Assembly: GCA_052426225.1 (NCBI GenBank)
Contig: JBNJNM010000009.1
Location: forward strand, 310,001 to 374,000
Direction: 5' to 3'
From: Zancudomyces culisetae HAW-14-8
Taxonomy: Eukaryota; Fungi; Kickxellomycota
DNA length: 64,000 bases
Shown here: in pieces, positions 50,054 to 63,288 of the stretch
How positions within the stretch are numbered: position 1 is the stretch's first letter
Layout: every line of letters starts with the position of its first letter
Program-made: the position numbers and the translations under genes
The notes under the pieces: model-generated
Databases searched by the model: none
What the model was told of the DNA's origin: nothing
The model's input: only the letters and a program-made list of their open reading frames with translations

Positions 50054-50266
50054 TTATATTTTATTTACTCTTTATTGGTAGTTTTTGTTTATTTACATTG
50101 ATTTGCTATTTACATCACATTTTACTTTTTAATCATTTATAGGCTTTTCATCCTTATTTTTATTATTAAATATACATACATTACTCATTTCTTTGACCAA
50201 AAAAGAAAAAGGAGTTTGGGAAAAGAGGGGAGGTAAAGGAAAGCAAAGGAAAGGGAAAAAGAGTCA

Positions 50267-52495
50267 ATGTCTACAGTAAATTATTCAACAAATTATCCTA
50301 TATCATGCAAGTTACTAGAACTTCCACCTGAAGTCGAGGCAGCCTTAGTAGAGAGTGTATCGAATGGCCAAGAATACAAGTACTTTATCCCACTTATCCA
50401 AAAATACGTATATATAAATACATACAAACACACACATATATATATAGTATTATAGGCCTAGAAGTTGGCTATATTCAAGTAGAGTATATGCATAATATTG
50501 GAAATGGATTTATAAAAATTCGTAGGTTGATAATCAGGGGTAGTGATGACGAGCTTGCATATCTTTGTACACCAGAGTCGAAAAAATATCTATTACGACA
50601 AGTACATACTTCCAATAGTATGCATATTGTAAAAAGCTCGAAAAACGGGACACTTGATATTGAAGATTGTGTATCTAGTATATTGGAATTGGTTTCCGAT
50701 TTCCCACCACCACCACCACCGCCACAACAACAACAACAACAAAAACAGCAACAATCAACAAATTTTGATACAGAGGGTATGATTGTGGATAGTGGTACTA
50801 GTGGTAGTGATTTAAATACAAATGTTATAAGTATTGATATGACCAAATATGTTGTAACTAGTGAGTGTGGAAAGTTGATGGCGTTGCTGGCACTGGATAA
50901 ACGTGGGGAGTACTTGGGACCTTTGTGTGATTTACAAGAGGTATGTTTTATTTATATTTATTTGTATATTTATATGTATATTTTTCTATTTTTTTCATAT
51001 ACGAGAGAGAGATTATCAAAGTTCAACTACAACTAATACAACACCAATCAATAAATAATGTTCAACTTAGATAGCAAACAACAAAAGCGGAACCAAAAGT
51101 GGGACCAAAAACTGGTATAAAATAAAGCTAACAGACTTGATCCACACATTATCATTCAACGATTCTCAACTAGCCCAATTTCTAACCCACAACCTAGTGT
51201 TCCTCGATCCTTATGATCAAAGTTATCGAAAGTTAAACAGTGCGTTTGTCTACGAAGTGCTACAACTGGTGTTTGCATCATGTATTGAATATGATTGGGA
51301 TATTTCTGCCCTTGATATTGGTGCAGTGGTTGATGAGTTATGTACTAACCACTATGTCGACTTGGTGACATCGTTCCTACCATCACTTGTTGGTTGTGGG
51401 ATGAGGGAGTTTGTGGGATCATTGGTGTCCAAATCGGGGCATCCCACTAGCAATACTGACCAAGATGTTGCGGTTATAAATCAAGTGTTTTTGAAGCCCG
51501 TTGTGTATAGCTTTGTACATTGTATTTTTTCAAAGTTTGGAACTTCTGGAAACTCAGGCAAGTCGAATAATTTTATTAATGTTATACAGGGCATAACATA
51601 CTAATTATAATGGATTTGTTGATATTTTATACTAGAAAGTTGTTTTGCTATGGATGCGCAAAAGATATTTTATTTTTACGCCGAACATTTACTAGATGCA
51701 ACAACACCAGTAAGTTTAGTATATATTTAAATTCTATATTGCCATAGCTTTGTATTTTTGTATTTGTGTATAGTATGTTTATACTATTTCAAAGTACTCG
51801 AAAACTTGTAGGCGCAATTGACAAAAATGTTTTCCATAAATATTCATCTCCTTTACTCTTTCTGCATTTCTTTTTTCCTATCTTTCAACTTTTTTAAAAG
51901 TCCATGTATTAAAAGATATATAAATATATGAAAATAGACAAAGGTGTACAGTCCATTCGAATTCATATCTAAACTCAGCTCACTAATTCCGCCTATGCTA
52001 CTACAGGAGTTTGAAAGGCTAAGACGTCCAAAGAACAAACATAACTCTAGTATTGGTGAGGATGCTGAAGCTATGGATACGGATACGGATATGGATACGG
52101 GTACGAATAACGTCAAGGAAATAGGGCCTGTATCCACATTTACACTACCTACATTTTTATATGGATTGATGTATTATGAAGACAGCAATGGTAACAGCGG
52201 TACACAAGATAATCATCCGATCAACACTAATACTAGCTCTAATACCAATACTATCGGAACAAGTAGTGGTATGGCGCCACGGTTAATCCGGTTATTCCCA
52301 CATGAACTTGGCACTCATGCTACACAGCGACTCGACGCATTATTTGATATTCAACTGGTATGGCATATTGACGTACTGGTTGCATACCTGGCTGATTTAA
52401 ATCCCGATTTTGCGAACCGAGATGTGATTATACACTGGGTATCCAAGTACTGTAGCGCTAACAAGAATAAGAGTAAGCGGGTTGTATACAACTAA
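50267..52495 (+). CDS. DCC1: sister chromatid cohesion protein Dcc1 (Ctf18-RFC), multi-exon
   Basis: LLELPPEV, IRGSDDELAYLCT..KYLLRQVHTSNS, C-terminal ELGTHATQRLDALFDIQLVW..L..YL; ORF pieces joined by GT-AG introns. Confidence 0.8.
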
Positions 52496-54853
52496 TAATT
52501 GATTAGTAATGAGTGACTGAGGAGAGGCGAGAGAGAGGAAGTGGGGGTGGGGGAGGATGAGAAATGTTTGTTTGTTAGTTTGGACGTTTTTTTTTTTGAA
52601 GTTTTTTTTAGATAGAAATTTATAATTTAACCTTAATAATAACAATAATACTTTGCATTTTGGGTTGATTTGGTGTTACTCTTTCTAATTACAATAACAA
52701 ACATGTGCTTTCTAGATTTAGATTTATATATATATATATTTTTTATTTTTTTTACCAACATTTCTCCCACTTTATTTGCTGTTTTTGAGAAATTAAATAA
52801 AATAAGTGAAGGGAGGAAATGGTAAAAAGATAAATAAAAGCGACTAATTAATATTGGGACAGGCAGGTGAGTGTGTAAGTGACTGGGAGTATTATGTGTA
52901 AAGTTATAATATACCTTGGCGTATGAAAGAACAAAGAGTTTGTGAACTTGAAAAAATCGTAGATATATGGTGTAACTCTTTGATTTCTCGAATGTAGGGG
53001 GATTGGTAATTGGTTGAACTTTGTGATACAAGTTAATTAAATGATAGACTTTTCATCAATGCATAAATAAGAGCAAATATAGATAATATTAAGGAATGTG
53101 ATTGAGCGCCGGATTGAATTGAAAAGGTAAGGAGTAATTGGACCTAATGTTTAATGCAAATCCTTAAGTGATATAAGATTGGAGGAGGAAGGGAGGAAGG
53201 AGAAGAGCATGATAAGAAATTAGAAAAGATGTTGCTTGTTTAAGGTGAATTTATTTGTAATAACCAAGTAATACAAAACGCAAGAGTTAAAATAAAAAGG
53301 CATGGAGTTTGGTATGACTCTGTGTTGTCTTTATCAAGTAATTTGTAATTTTTTTTGTGCAGATATGTGACAAGGTGTAGGGGGTATATAGCGATTGAGA
53401 TTTGTAGATATTAAAAAGAGTAAAAGGATAAATGATGAAACGCTCAGCCTTGGATTTTGAATAAGAAGAGTTAGAGCTTTAAAAGTTATATATTCAGATG
53501 GTTTTAATGGGTGAAGCAAGGAGGGAGCAGTGAAAGTGAGTAATTAAAATAAAAAAAGTGATAATGGGGGGAGGAGGGGGGGGAAGAGTGTAAATGATGT
53601 AAACATGGCCGAGTAGTACATATTAATAATCAACATTGATTTCGTTTGGTGAGTACATTATGTTTTATTTGTTCTCTATTTGGTGATATATATGTTATTT
53701 CTTTCCATAGTTTTTTTTTTCAAAAGGCAAAGGAAAGGGGAAAGTGAGATGCAGGATGGTTATAGAGGATGGAGTGAACGGTATTAAAGAACATGTCCAC
53801 GACGAGAGTGTGAATCTGTTTATTTATATCATGAACAACACTTCACATGCCTATAGATGAAACAATAAAGACCTAAGAACGTGACGGACTGTATATAAAT
53901 AAACGGTGATATCAAGAAAGAAGGTGTTAAAAGCTCTTCGGATAGCCTGGTTTTTAAGCTGTATTTTAGTTGAGCAAGGATAAAAGTAATGTAATAGTTG
54001 TAACGCCACAGCGCTTTTTTATTTTTGTTTTTATTTTAGTTGTTTCTTTGATTTGTATAGCAGATCTATTAAGTAATGCTAAAAGAAGAGATAAATGCAT
54101 ATAATCGATGATATAATACATACAACGATTGGAAACTTGTAAACACACATGCGATTTTCTATTTGCTGAAGAATTTTGAAAACATCTTGATATTAGCAAG
54201 TTGGTGCTAAACTTGTTACTAAAAAAAACATTGAAGACTTGTATTATCATAAACTATTAATCATGTTATTGGAATCAGCAAATCGGCATCCCCAATATCA
54301 GCAATAACAGGTTGGTATGTATTTGGATAGTTTATGCGTGATTATTGGATTTATTGATGATTAATTTTTAATAAACATAAACAAAAAAAAAATTTTTTTA
54401 TAATTTATATATTCTTTATTTGCACTGAAAGGTGGGAAATCATGGAAATTTCTGTAGATTTTGTAAAAAAAGCTTGTGCATGTGAGTGATGTTGGCTCTA
54501 CGTAATTAATTAAATTATATTGGTGATATCTTCCAAAAACGGAAAATCCAAAATTTATCGGGATAGTAGACGTCTTACTTTATTGCCAAAGAAAAAGAAA
54601 TAAAAAACAAACAAAAAGAAAGTTAAAAAGGACAAAAAAAAAAGCTAGGTTGTTTTCCTTTTCACTTTTCCTTTTACATTTATAAAGTGATTATAGCTAG
54701 ATCAGTCAGCACCAAATCTTATTATCATTTGTGATAGTATAAGCACAAATGTTAATACTAATATTGTTATAAAGATTAATACCGATAATATCTGAACGAT
54801 AAAAGTATCTATTCCTGTTTACAATAAACTCAAAAAATAAAAAGACAAGTAAA

Positions 54854-57763
54854 ATGCTTCATAATAGGAGAAAGCATAGCGAGTCGGATGGCAGTATGCA
54901 TAGCCATGACTCTGGTGGCAAAGGCGACAATATAAGACATGGCAGCGGAAATGAATCTGTGTTTAGTGGAAAAATAGAAAAGAAAGTTAAGCTAGGAGAG
55001 GCGCTACTTTATTATCTTAGCACACTTGCAGTATATGCAGTAGTCCTGCTGGTAGTAATATTCGTTCGAAGACAGGGAATGAAATACTCCACTCCAAGTG
55101 GACTAAAGCCAATGCCAATGGATTATCAAATTCTGACAAATGTCACTCCGGCACCTGGGGACTCGATAAAACAGTTCAGAACAGAGGTTGCATTTGACCA
55201 CTTGCGATACCTTGCACGTGATCCACATCCATGGAACTCACCAGCAAACGAGGACACAAGACAGTACCTGATTGGAGTGTTGAAACAATACCAAAAGTTG
55301 GCAGAAGCGCAGAATATCAAACTGGAAATAGTTTCAGCAGACCCAGTGGCATTTTCAACTTTTGATGATAAAAAAAAACGCAAGACAGAACCCTTAGCAG
55401 GCAAATCTGCTCAAAGATGCTCATACCTTGAGAGTAGAAACGTATTAGCACGTGTAATCGGAAAGAACAATAAAGCCGATGACGCATTGTTGGTTAGCAG
55501 CCACATAGATTCTGTTCAAATCAGTTATGGTGCAACAGATGATGGTATCAATGGTGGTGTAATGTTGGAAATAATTCGACATCTGATTTACAACCCAGTT
55601 CAAAGCACAGTAGTGTTCAACTTCAATAATGGAGAGGAGATAGGGTTGTATGGTGCGCTTGGATTTGTGAATCACCCATGGGCAAAGACAGTAAAAGCGT
55701 TTATCAACATGGAAGGCGCCGGCGCTGGAGGACCAGCCATGGTGTTCCGTGCGTCAAACTTAGATGTTGTCAGCAGATACTCCAAGAAAAACAGTGGATA
55801 CATTACCAAATGGAGACCACATGCTAACGTATTTGCGAATGATGCGTTTGCGCTGGGTCTTATCAGTTCAGACACTGATTACTCAGTATACACAGCATAC
55901 GGAATACCAGGATTGGATATTGCATTTTACGAACGCAGATCGGTGTACCACACAAGTTATGATAATTTGGACAATGTTCCAGCTGGTAGCATAGACCAAA
56001 TAGGAAATACAGTTCTCAACGCTATAAAATCAATGGCCGATGACACCGAGTTTTTGGCTGCACAGCGTGGATCGCCCAAGAAGCCATCTGTGTACTTTGA
56101 TATTCTGCATTTGTCTATGGTTTCATTTAGCTTTGTAACACTCAAGGTTCTCTACGCAGTGTTTATTGCGCTTATAATTGCGGGATCAGTAGTCATGTTT
56201 ATTGTTTCAAAAAGGTCTCACAAGAATAACTATTACTCACACTCGCATCCGGGAGCTAATGGCCATGTATACTTCCTAAGTATTCTCCGCGCATTCTTGT
56301 TTAGCGGGCTTGCGTTGCTCTTGGTAATAGTTGTGAGTCTCTGTGTAGGATTGATTTACGGAGCCGGAAATGTACTTGCGGTATACGGGCTGACGGCACT
56401 TGTAGTTACAACTGTTACAGCTGCATCACTTACAGTAATTGGGCTTGTAATGTATCTGTACTTGGTGGTTGAAGATCGTATTGGAGGATACTCAAAGATA
56501 CAGGATAGATTTGTTAGGTCACGAGTAATGTCGTACGCACAGTTGTACATATGGTTGCTTGGATTGATTATTGGACTGGTCATGTCAATTGCCCAGGGAA
56601 TTGGTATGTTATACTACACGATATTCGCATCAGCCTGTTGTATTGTAGCAGCACTTTGGGCATATGCTGTTGAACCACGGGTCTCAAAATCTTGTGTATT
56701 AAGATATGTTTCATGGTTGTTCAGATTATTGGTAGCTGTTGTGTTACCAGCACTGTTAACTACAGATCTGTGCTCAACATTGGTCGGTGGATTATCACAA
56801 ACAGTAATAGATGGAACAAAGTCATACTTTGTGATTGTGTTGATAGGATTGTTGGTTGCTACAGTATTTGGAACATCAATGCCATTCATTGTTACAGCAG
56901 GTAGAAGAGGTGTACTTATTGGCTCAGGAGTCAGTTTCTTGGTATTTATTGTTTTGCTTTTGGTGTCATTATTTATTACACCATTTAGCACAACAAATCC
57001 TGCTCACGTCTATTTCGAAGGAACGCTTGATCTCGACACTCAAAAAGAGACAATAGAACTCCAATCAAACAAAAAAATTGGAGGCTTGGTAAATCAAATA
57101 TGGGGTGATATACCAAACATGTCATTATCGTCGGCAGTTGGAAAGAAATCAGCAGTTGATAGATTCAATTATACACTTTCAGCCGCCAACTTTGGATATG
57201 CGGATGCTTTCAAATCGCACAACATTGATTTCCCTTCATACAACTCTACAAAGGATATCCCATCAGATTTTGCAGGAAGTTACAAAAACAAGGCAAATGG
57301 AATTCTTTTGTATATCAACGCGCCAAACTCACAGGTTTGTGAAGTATTAACCACAAACACTCCAGTTTATGGATATGCCATTCCACAATATGGTGATGGG
57401 TTGGCGGACAATCCATCAGAATCATACACACCACCAGTCCTCAAGCCTTCAAACAACACCGTTACAACAATAGACCCTACGTTTGACCGTTTCTATTCAT
57501 ACTCCATGAATCCACCAGTTAACCGCTGCCAGTCATTATTTTTACTCTCCAGAGCGTCGCAATCACAGTTTATTGTGTACCTAGAACATGATGGATCAGG
57601 ATTTGGTGATGCCTACCTTCAATGCCACTATGGTGACTTGCACACCTTTAACCCATATGCACTTACCTTGATGGAAAAGGCACCTAGTGTTTCAGCCACA
57701 ATTTCTGTTGGCCATGGTGTTCCTGGCTCTCTATCTGTCAAATCCAAACTTAAACTCGCCTAG
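54854..57763 (+). CDS. M28 family membrane metallopeptidase (Pff1/ERMP1-like)
   Basis: SSHIDSV, GATDDG, FNNGEEIGLYGA, FINMEGAGAGG, SDTDYSVY, YHTSYD followed by about 8 TM helices and a luminal C-domain. Confidence 0.95.
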   Translation: MLHNRRKHSESDGSMHSHDSGGKGDNIRHGSGNESVFSGKIEKKVKLGEALLYYLSTLAVYAVVLLVVIFVRRQGMKYSTPSGLKPMPMDYQILTNVTPAPGDSIKQFRTEVAFDHLRYLARDPHPWNSPANEDTRQYLIGVLKQYQKLAEAQNIKLEIVSADPVAFSTFDDKKKRKTEPLAGKSAQRCSYLESRNVLARVIGKNNKADDALLVSSHIDSVQISYGATDDGINGGVMLEIIRHLIYNPVQSTVVFNFNNGEEIGLYGALGFVNHPWAKTVKAFINMEGAGAGGPAMVFRASNLDVVSRYSKKNSGYITKWRPHANVFANDAFALGLISSDTDYSVYTAYGIPGLDIAFYERRSVYHTSYDNLDNVPAGSIDQIGNTVLNAIKSMADDTEFLAAQRGSPKKPSVYFDILHLSMVSFSFVTLKVLYAVFIALIIAGSVVMFIVSKRSHKNNYYSHSHPGANGHVYFLSILRAFLFSGLALLLVIVVSLCVGLIYGAGNVLAVYGLTALVVTTVTAASLTVIGLVMYLYLVVEDRIGGYSKIQDRFVRSRVMSYAQLYIWLLGLIIGLVMSIAQGIGMLYYTIFASACCIVAALWAYAVEPRVSKSCVLRYVSWLFRLLVAVVLPALLTTDLCSTLVGGLSQTVIDGTKSYFVIVLIGLLVATVFGTSMPFIVTAGRRGVLIGSGVSFLVFIVLLLVSLFITPFSTTNPAHVYFEGTLDLDTQKETIELQSNKKIGGLVNQIWGDIPNMSLSSAVGKKSAVDRFNYTLSAANFGYADAFKSHNIDFPSYNSTKDIPSDFAGSYKNKANGILLYINAPNSQVCEVLTTNTPVYGYAIPQYGDGLADNPSESYTPPVLKPSNNTVTTIDPTFDRFYSYSMNPPVNRCQSLFLLSRASQSQFIVYLEHDGSGFGDAYLQCHYGDLHTFNPYALTLMEKAPSVSATISVGHGVPGSLSVKSKLKLA

Positions 57764-57770
57764 TTTATTT

Positions 57771-57794
57771 CTATCCTATCCTATCCTATCCTAT
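57771..57794 (+). repeat. (CTATC)n pentamer microsatellite in 3' UTR
   Basis: ctatcctatcctatcctatcctat. Confidence 0.8.
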
Positions 57795-58266
57795 TATTTT
57801 CTTTTTTTTCTAATCTCCCTTTTTTATAGCTGTTCTCCACTATTACTTTGTCGTATTTAGGGTTGGGTTGATTTGATTATCGCAACTATTACATTACTTT
57901 ATTTGCCTAAATATATTATTTCTTTTTGACTAATTTTTATACCATGCCGGATTATTCCCGAATGCACGTGTTTTGCTAACCAAGATTACCAATACTTTTT
58001 CGTTGTTTGCTTTGGTATTAGCCCATTAATACCCACTTACTTAATTTGTACTCCGGCTTGTTTTATCCAATTACATTGTATTTTTTTTAGGTACCCACAA
58101 AGTTTTACATGTGTATTTAAACCCCAATACCAGCTAATAAAGCAATGGCAACTGCGTGTTTACCCTCTCCATTCACATACTTATATATAGTTATTTTCTA
58201 AGTGTTTCAAAACTCGTTTAAACTGTCCGCCAGATAAAGAATTGAGTTCCCACCAGATTGCACAAG

Positions 58267-58998
58267 ATGGACCGCAAAGAGTAAGTATTATATCTGTATA
58301 TGCTTTTCTTTTTGCTCATGTACTTTAAAAACCATTAAACTCTTTGAAATTGCGTCTAAAAGCATAGACAGCACCGATAAACTTTTTTCATGGGACGAGC
58401 TGACAGAAATACTAGGTATTTGAAACTCATTTATTTTTAGAAATTGCTACCCTGTTTTACTCGTAGCTGATGATTTACACCGCGATATTTACTTGCATTC
58501 TTATTTTTTGCATTCTTAGAGACAAATCAGCTTCATAGATTAGTTAGAACCAAAAAGGGTCAAAAGTTCTACGATGAATCTTGTTTGGAATTAAAAAAAA
58601 AACATGGCTCTGTGAGCTCGTATGTTAGACATGTACTTATCAAGGAACTCTATGACAATAATTGCGAAAATCCTGCCTCAAGCACCGACAAAAACTGTGA
58701 CGAGGACTGTTCTGATAACCAACCCCCAGCAGTCTCTATCAAGATGGATAGATCCACTCTTTTACTAAAGAAGAACGATTTTCCCTATGCAGTTGAAACG
58801 GATATTGAGCATTATTTGCTGTGGTCTTTCAATGCTTTGAAAGTTGGAACGACACCAGAACCTTATGTAAAGGAGTATATTGAAGAGTGCTTTCCTTCCA
58901 AAGACAACGAGTACTTGTGGTTTGTCAACCCTCCACACCTACAGAGCATTCCTGACCTACACCATGGTCACTTGATGATTCGCAAAAAGAAAGAATAG
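58267..58998 (+). CDS. DUF3605 protein (GIG1, GlcNAc-induced protein 1-like); 3 exons
   Basis: Exon2 FSWDELTEIL, exon3 KNDFPYAVETDIEHYLLWS, WFVNPPHLQSIPDLHHGH; ATG 58267 followed by a GTAAGT donor. Confidence 0.85.
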
Positions 58999-60734
58999 CA
59001 TCTACATTCATTTTAGCTTTTAGCTTTGATTTGTAACTTTTTGGTTGTCATATATTCATTTTACACACATTGTTCTACTTTTTTTAGTGAATTTGCGATT
59101 GCTCTTTATGTAAATACGACCCCCATTAACCATTAACCATCAACCACCATCTGCATTATTATGTTTCACTTTTTTTTATTTCAGTATCTATCGGGAAATA
59201 AACTCTCTGTACAGCCATCTTCCAAAGATACTTTGTATCTTTAACCCACTGTATACAAAGAGCCGGTTGTATTTACTAAGAGTTTTATGCTGCATTTCGC
59301 TCGTATAGTTTTTGACCGGATACTAAATGGCGAGTGATTTGGTATTTGGTGAGTTTTTTTATCTGTTTTTTTTTGTGGTTAGAGGGTGAATTATTAAAAA
59401 CAAAAACCCACACATCCTACCAGTACGTTTGAACGTGAGCCTAAAAATAAAAACCAGTCCAATGTTTTGTGCCAATAATATCAATATTATTCCCATTTCT
59501 CTTTGCTTACGAGTGGTTATAGCCTTTAAGTTGGATATAAAACAAAAAGGTTAAAAACAATACAAAAAAAAACTTGTGAGAGTAAAATATATACCATTGT
59601 TGAACGCTTTTTTGGAGCAAGTAAAACCCTGGGAGCTATTAATTGGAAATTTATTTTCTACCTTTAAACACCACTTAAAAAGGACCTTTTTTTCAATAGA
59701 GTATTACCTTCAAACTGGTTATTTTTTTCGGGGGTGGGCAAGTGAATGGCTGTCCATTGCCATTGGATATTAAAACAAGTTCTCACCTTTTTTCCATTTT
59801 TTAGCACCTAAATATGTATCCATACTCAATAATGTGTAATGAGTTATTTTTTTATTGGTAAAAATATCCAGAAATTATTGAATGATAAATAAACAATATG
59901 TCTTAAAATTGAAGCCTCGCTGCTTTAAAATGTCCAAGAAAATGTCCATTTGTAAAGTTTTTTTTTTCGTTAGTACATTTTCACTATCTTCTCATCTTCT
60001 CTTTTCCTTATTCTCCTCTCCTTCTCCCCCTAAAAAGCAAATGACCGAAATATTTCAAGTTCACCAGTGCCCTTATGATATTGGTCAATTACCAGTTTTG
60101 TCAAATATTTAGCAAAATAACCAAGTTGAAATATTATTTTTCGGTCCTTTTTTGGAACATTCTGAGCCTCCTCCAAATATTGGTCGAGAATATTCTCATT
60201 ATTTTTTTTTTTACAAAAATAAACACTTTAAAAATATACACCAAGTCTTAAAAAAAAAATATTGAAAAAACCATACTAACCCACCTTTACCTTGTCAAAA
60301 ATATCAAAATATGTTCAGGTGTAGTTCTAGATATATATTTCGTGCACCATGTCGACCCACAAAGTACTGCATACAGTAGAAAACAAAAAGTTTTATTTTT
60401 TTTACATAAAACACGATTTCAACCCCTATATCGTGTCAAAGAGACATTTAACATTTTAAAAAGTCAAACGGCAGAACCGTCAGCATTTAAGTTGGGAGAG
60501 CGCATACAAACAAACTTTTTTTTTGTTGTTAGCCAATATTGAGGTATAATTCTTTCTGTGTTTCTTCTTTTGCGGCTTAGAATATATCCGGGTAGAAAAC
60601 GACTTTGATAGAACAGGTAACACGTATAACAAGTTTGCTGAACATCCTTACGAATTAATGCGTATACTACCGGGGCATAGCTACTAAAGAGGAAGTACAA
60701 ACAAAAGAAGGAAAGAAAGGACTAGGAGATAAAA

Positions 60735-62660
60735 ATGCAAGGAAGTGAATATGAATTTAATTTCTCTCCAGATTCGAACAATTGTAGAACACAGTATGTG
60801 TCTATGCAACAAACGCATAATGGAAACCCAGCTAATCCCAACACAAGACAACTAGTTCCAAACGTAAAAACACCTATTTCTAACAACAATATAACCCTAG
60901 AAAGTACAAAAAATGTGTTTTCGTTGCATCCTGCTGGTGACAACACTGGTGTTACAGGAACTGGGTTTATGAATTGCAGTTCCAAATCAACTATGGTTAA
61001 TCACAATCTTGGAAAAAGGGAACCAACAATGGACTACTTAGGCGGTGGTGATAAGGTTTTGTACAATGATAATGTTCAAACGCCTGATAATTTCAGTGGA
61101 ACGGGGATTGATTTTGAAAATACTGGTGGCAACGGGTATATGGTTGGTAGCGACCAGAAAACTGAGTGCGTAAAGGACAATAACGTTTTTATACCGCTTA
61201 ACTTTTCAAAACTGTGTGTTAGGGAGGGAGGGTATGTATTCAAAAACTATGGTGTGCCAATACATGAGTTAGGTTCCGGAACAGGTGGGGTAGTAAGGTT
61301 ACATAAATGCTTTGATACTGGGAGGGTAGGTATTATCATCAATATCATTATTCTAGCTTTTTTTTTCTTTATTACTTGAATTTTATTTATCTGTGATGGT
61401 GGTGGTGGTGGTGGTGATGATGATGATGGTTTATCTCTATTTGCGGAATTTTAAGGTGTAGATGGAGAATGATTATTATGTGTGTTTACATCCAACTACA
61501 ATTTTTATTACCACAAATGTCACTTTTAAATTTCTCGTTGATATCATATTAACTAACAGCTATTCATATCATCATGATTCTATATATATTTCGATCTACA
61601 TTCCGAGAAAAAATATTTTTATTCATCCTTTAACTGTATAAACGTTATATTGTCTAAAATATAGGTCGTGGCTGTTAAAAAGTACAACAAAATCGTATCT
61701 CATGAAAACAGAGTTATAAACCCGATAAAGTCCCTTTGGGCAGAATTGCTAATTGGAAAAACCTCCCACCACACGAATCTAATACAGACTATAGAGGCAG
61801 TACTAGAAGATGATTCAGTATACTACTCGGTGATGGAGTATTGTCCAAACGATATGTTTGCGTTGCTTAAAAACAATTGTTTGTCAATTGCGGAAATAAA
61901 CTGCTATTTCGGTCAGTTGATAAATGGCATCGCCTATCTTCACAACAATGGAATAGCTCATAGAGATTTGAAGCTAGATAATTTATGTGTGAACAGTAGT
62001 GGTGTACTGAAAATCATTGATTTTGGCTGTGCCACCATATTTAGAAAACGTGTTATAAAATGTGCTGGAAATTCGTTTAAGATTATAAACACGCCGTTTG
62101 ACGACTATAAAAAATTCCTATCAAACGTAAAAACACCATTTGATTCTGAAAATGGTGGTTTAGACTCCATATTTCAGGGTTTTGGCTCAAATGGCTATGA
62201 TGATGTCAATTTTGGGAACCACATAGGTGAGGATTATGAAAATCATGGGTATATAGATATAAAATCAAGTGGGCTTTGCGGATCAGATCCATATATCGCT
62301 CCCGAGGTATACACCAGAGATTGCTATGACGCGACAAAGGTGGATATCTGGGCGGCTGGGATTATTTTGCTTTCAATGTACAATCTACATTTCCCGTGGG
62401 ACATCGCAAATCCAGAAAAGGACAAAGGGTTCTCCTCATACCTGAACAATCGCTCCGAATTTATCGATAATTGGCTAGCAGAAAAGTATGATTGTAACGG
62501 TCTTATCAAAAACATCTTGAACCCAGTTCCTGATTTTCGTCCTGATACACAGACTATTTTTAATGCTCGTTGGTTCAAGAGTATTGAGATTTGTACCGAA
62601 AATTCCGATTGTATATCTCATTCCCATTCAAGAATCCTTATTCAAAGGTTGGATCCGTAG
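60735..62660 (+). CDS. Ser/Thr kinase, fungal HAL/NPR family (Hrk1/Sat4/Ptk-like); intron 61326-61664
   Basis: LGSGTGGVVRL, VAVKK, HRDLKLDN, DFG, GLCGSDPYIAPE, DIWAAG. Confidence 0.93.
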
Positions 62661-63288
62661 TTGGTTGATCGGTTTTTGGTGCCTCTACATCCGAAATCTG
62701 ACTCAAAATATGCTTTGAGCATGCAGCTTGTTGTATTTATCACCCTCCTCAAGAAAATTAAAACACAATTAGATGATTTCATTTCTAACTCACCCTTCTT
62801 TCTTCTGTAAATAAAAAGAAAACAATCATTTCAATATATCTATTTTGACATTTTGGACATCATTTCATCCATTATGTTGTTGAGATTTCAAGAGATTATT
62901 TACCGAGTGGAGCTTTAAAGCAGTTTACTTGATGGATTATTGCATTTTCGACTAGGACCACGGCTTTAAGAGTATAATGGCGCGGTAGCGCAAGCAAAGT
63001 CTTCAAAAGTGTTCAGAATCAATATCGATGGGGCTTTACTGGTGTATCCTAGCTTGCACACACTGTTAAACAATATGCCATTCCTTTTTTTTATTGGAAA
63101 AAATGTCGTTAATGAAAAGATGAAAAATGAAATAAAAATGTAACAACTAGTGTAAGGAAACCCTGCTTATAATCTCTGTTTACTTGCTAGTTTATCTATA
63201 CTCTTAATTGAAACAGGAAACATTGCAGAGTCAGTTTAATGGTGATAGGATTCGTGATAGCGCATTGAATAGATCGAGGTGATAGAGA

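Noticed and set aside
63015-63045. ATGGGGCTTTACT resembling RNase MRP CR-V
   Set aside because: No upstream GAAAGTCCCC CR-I in non-coding sequence
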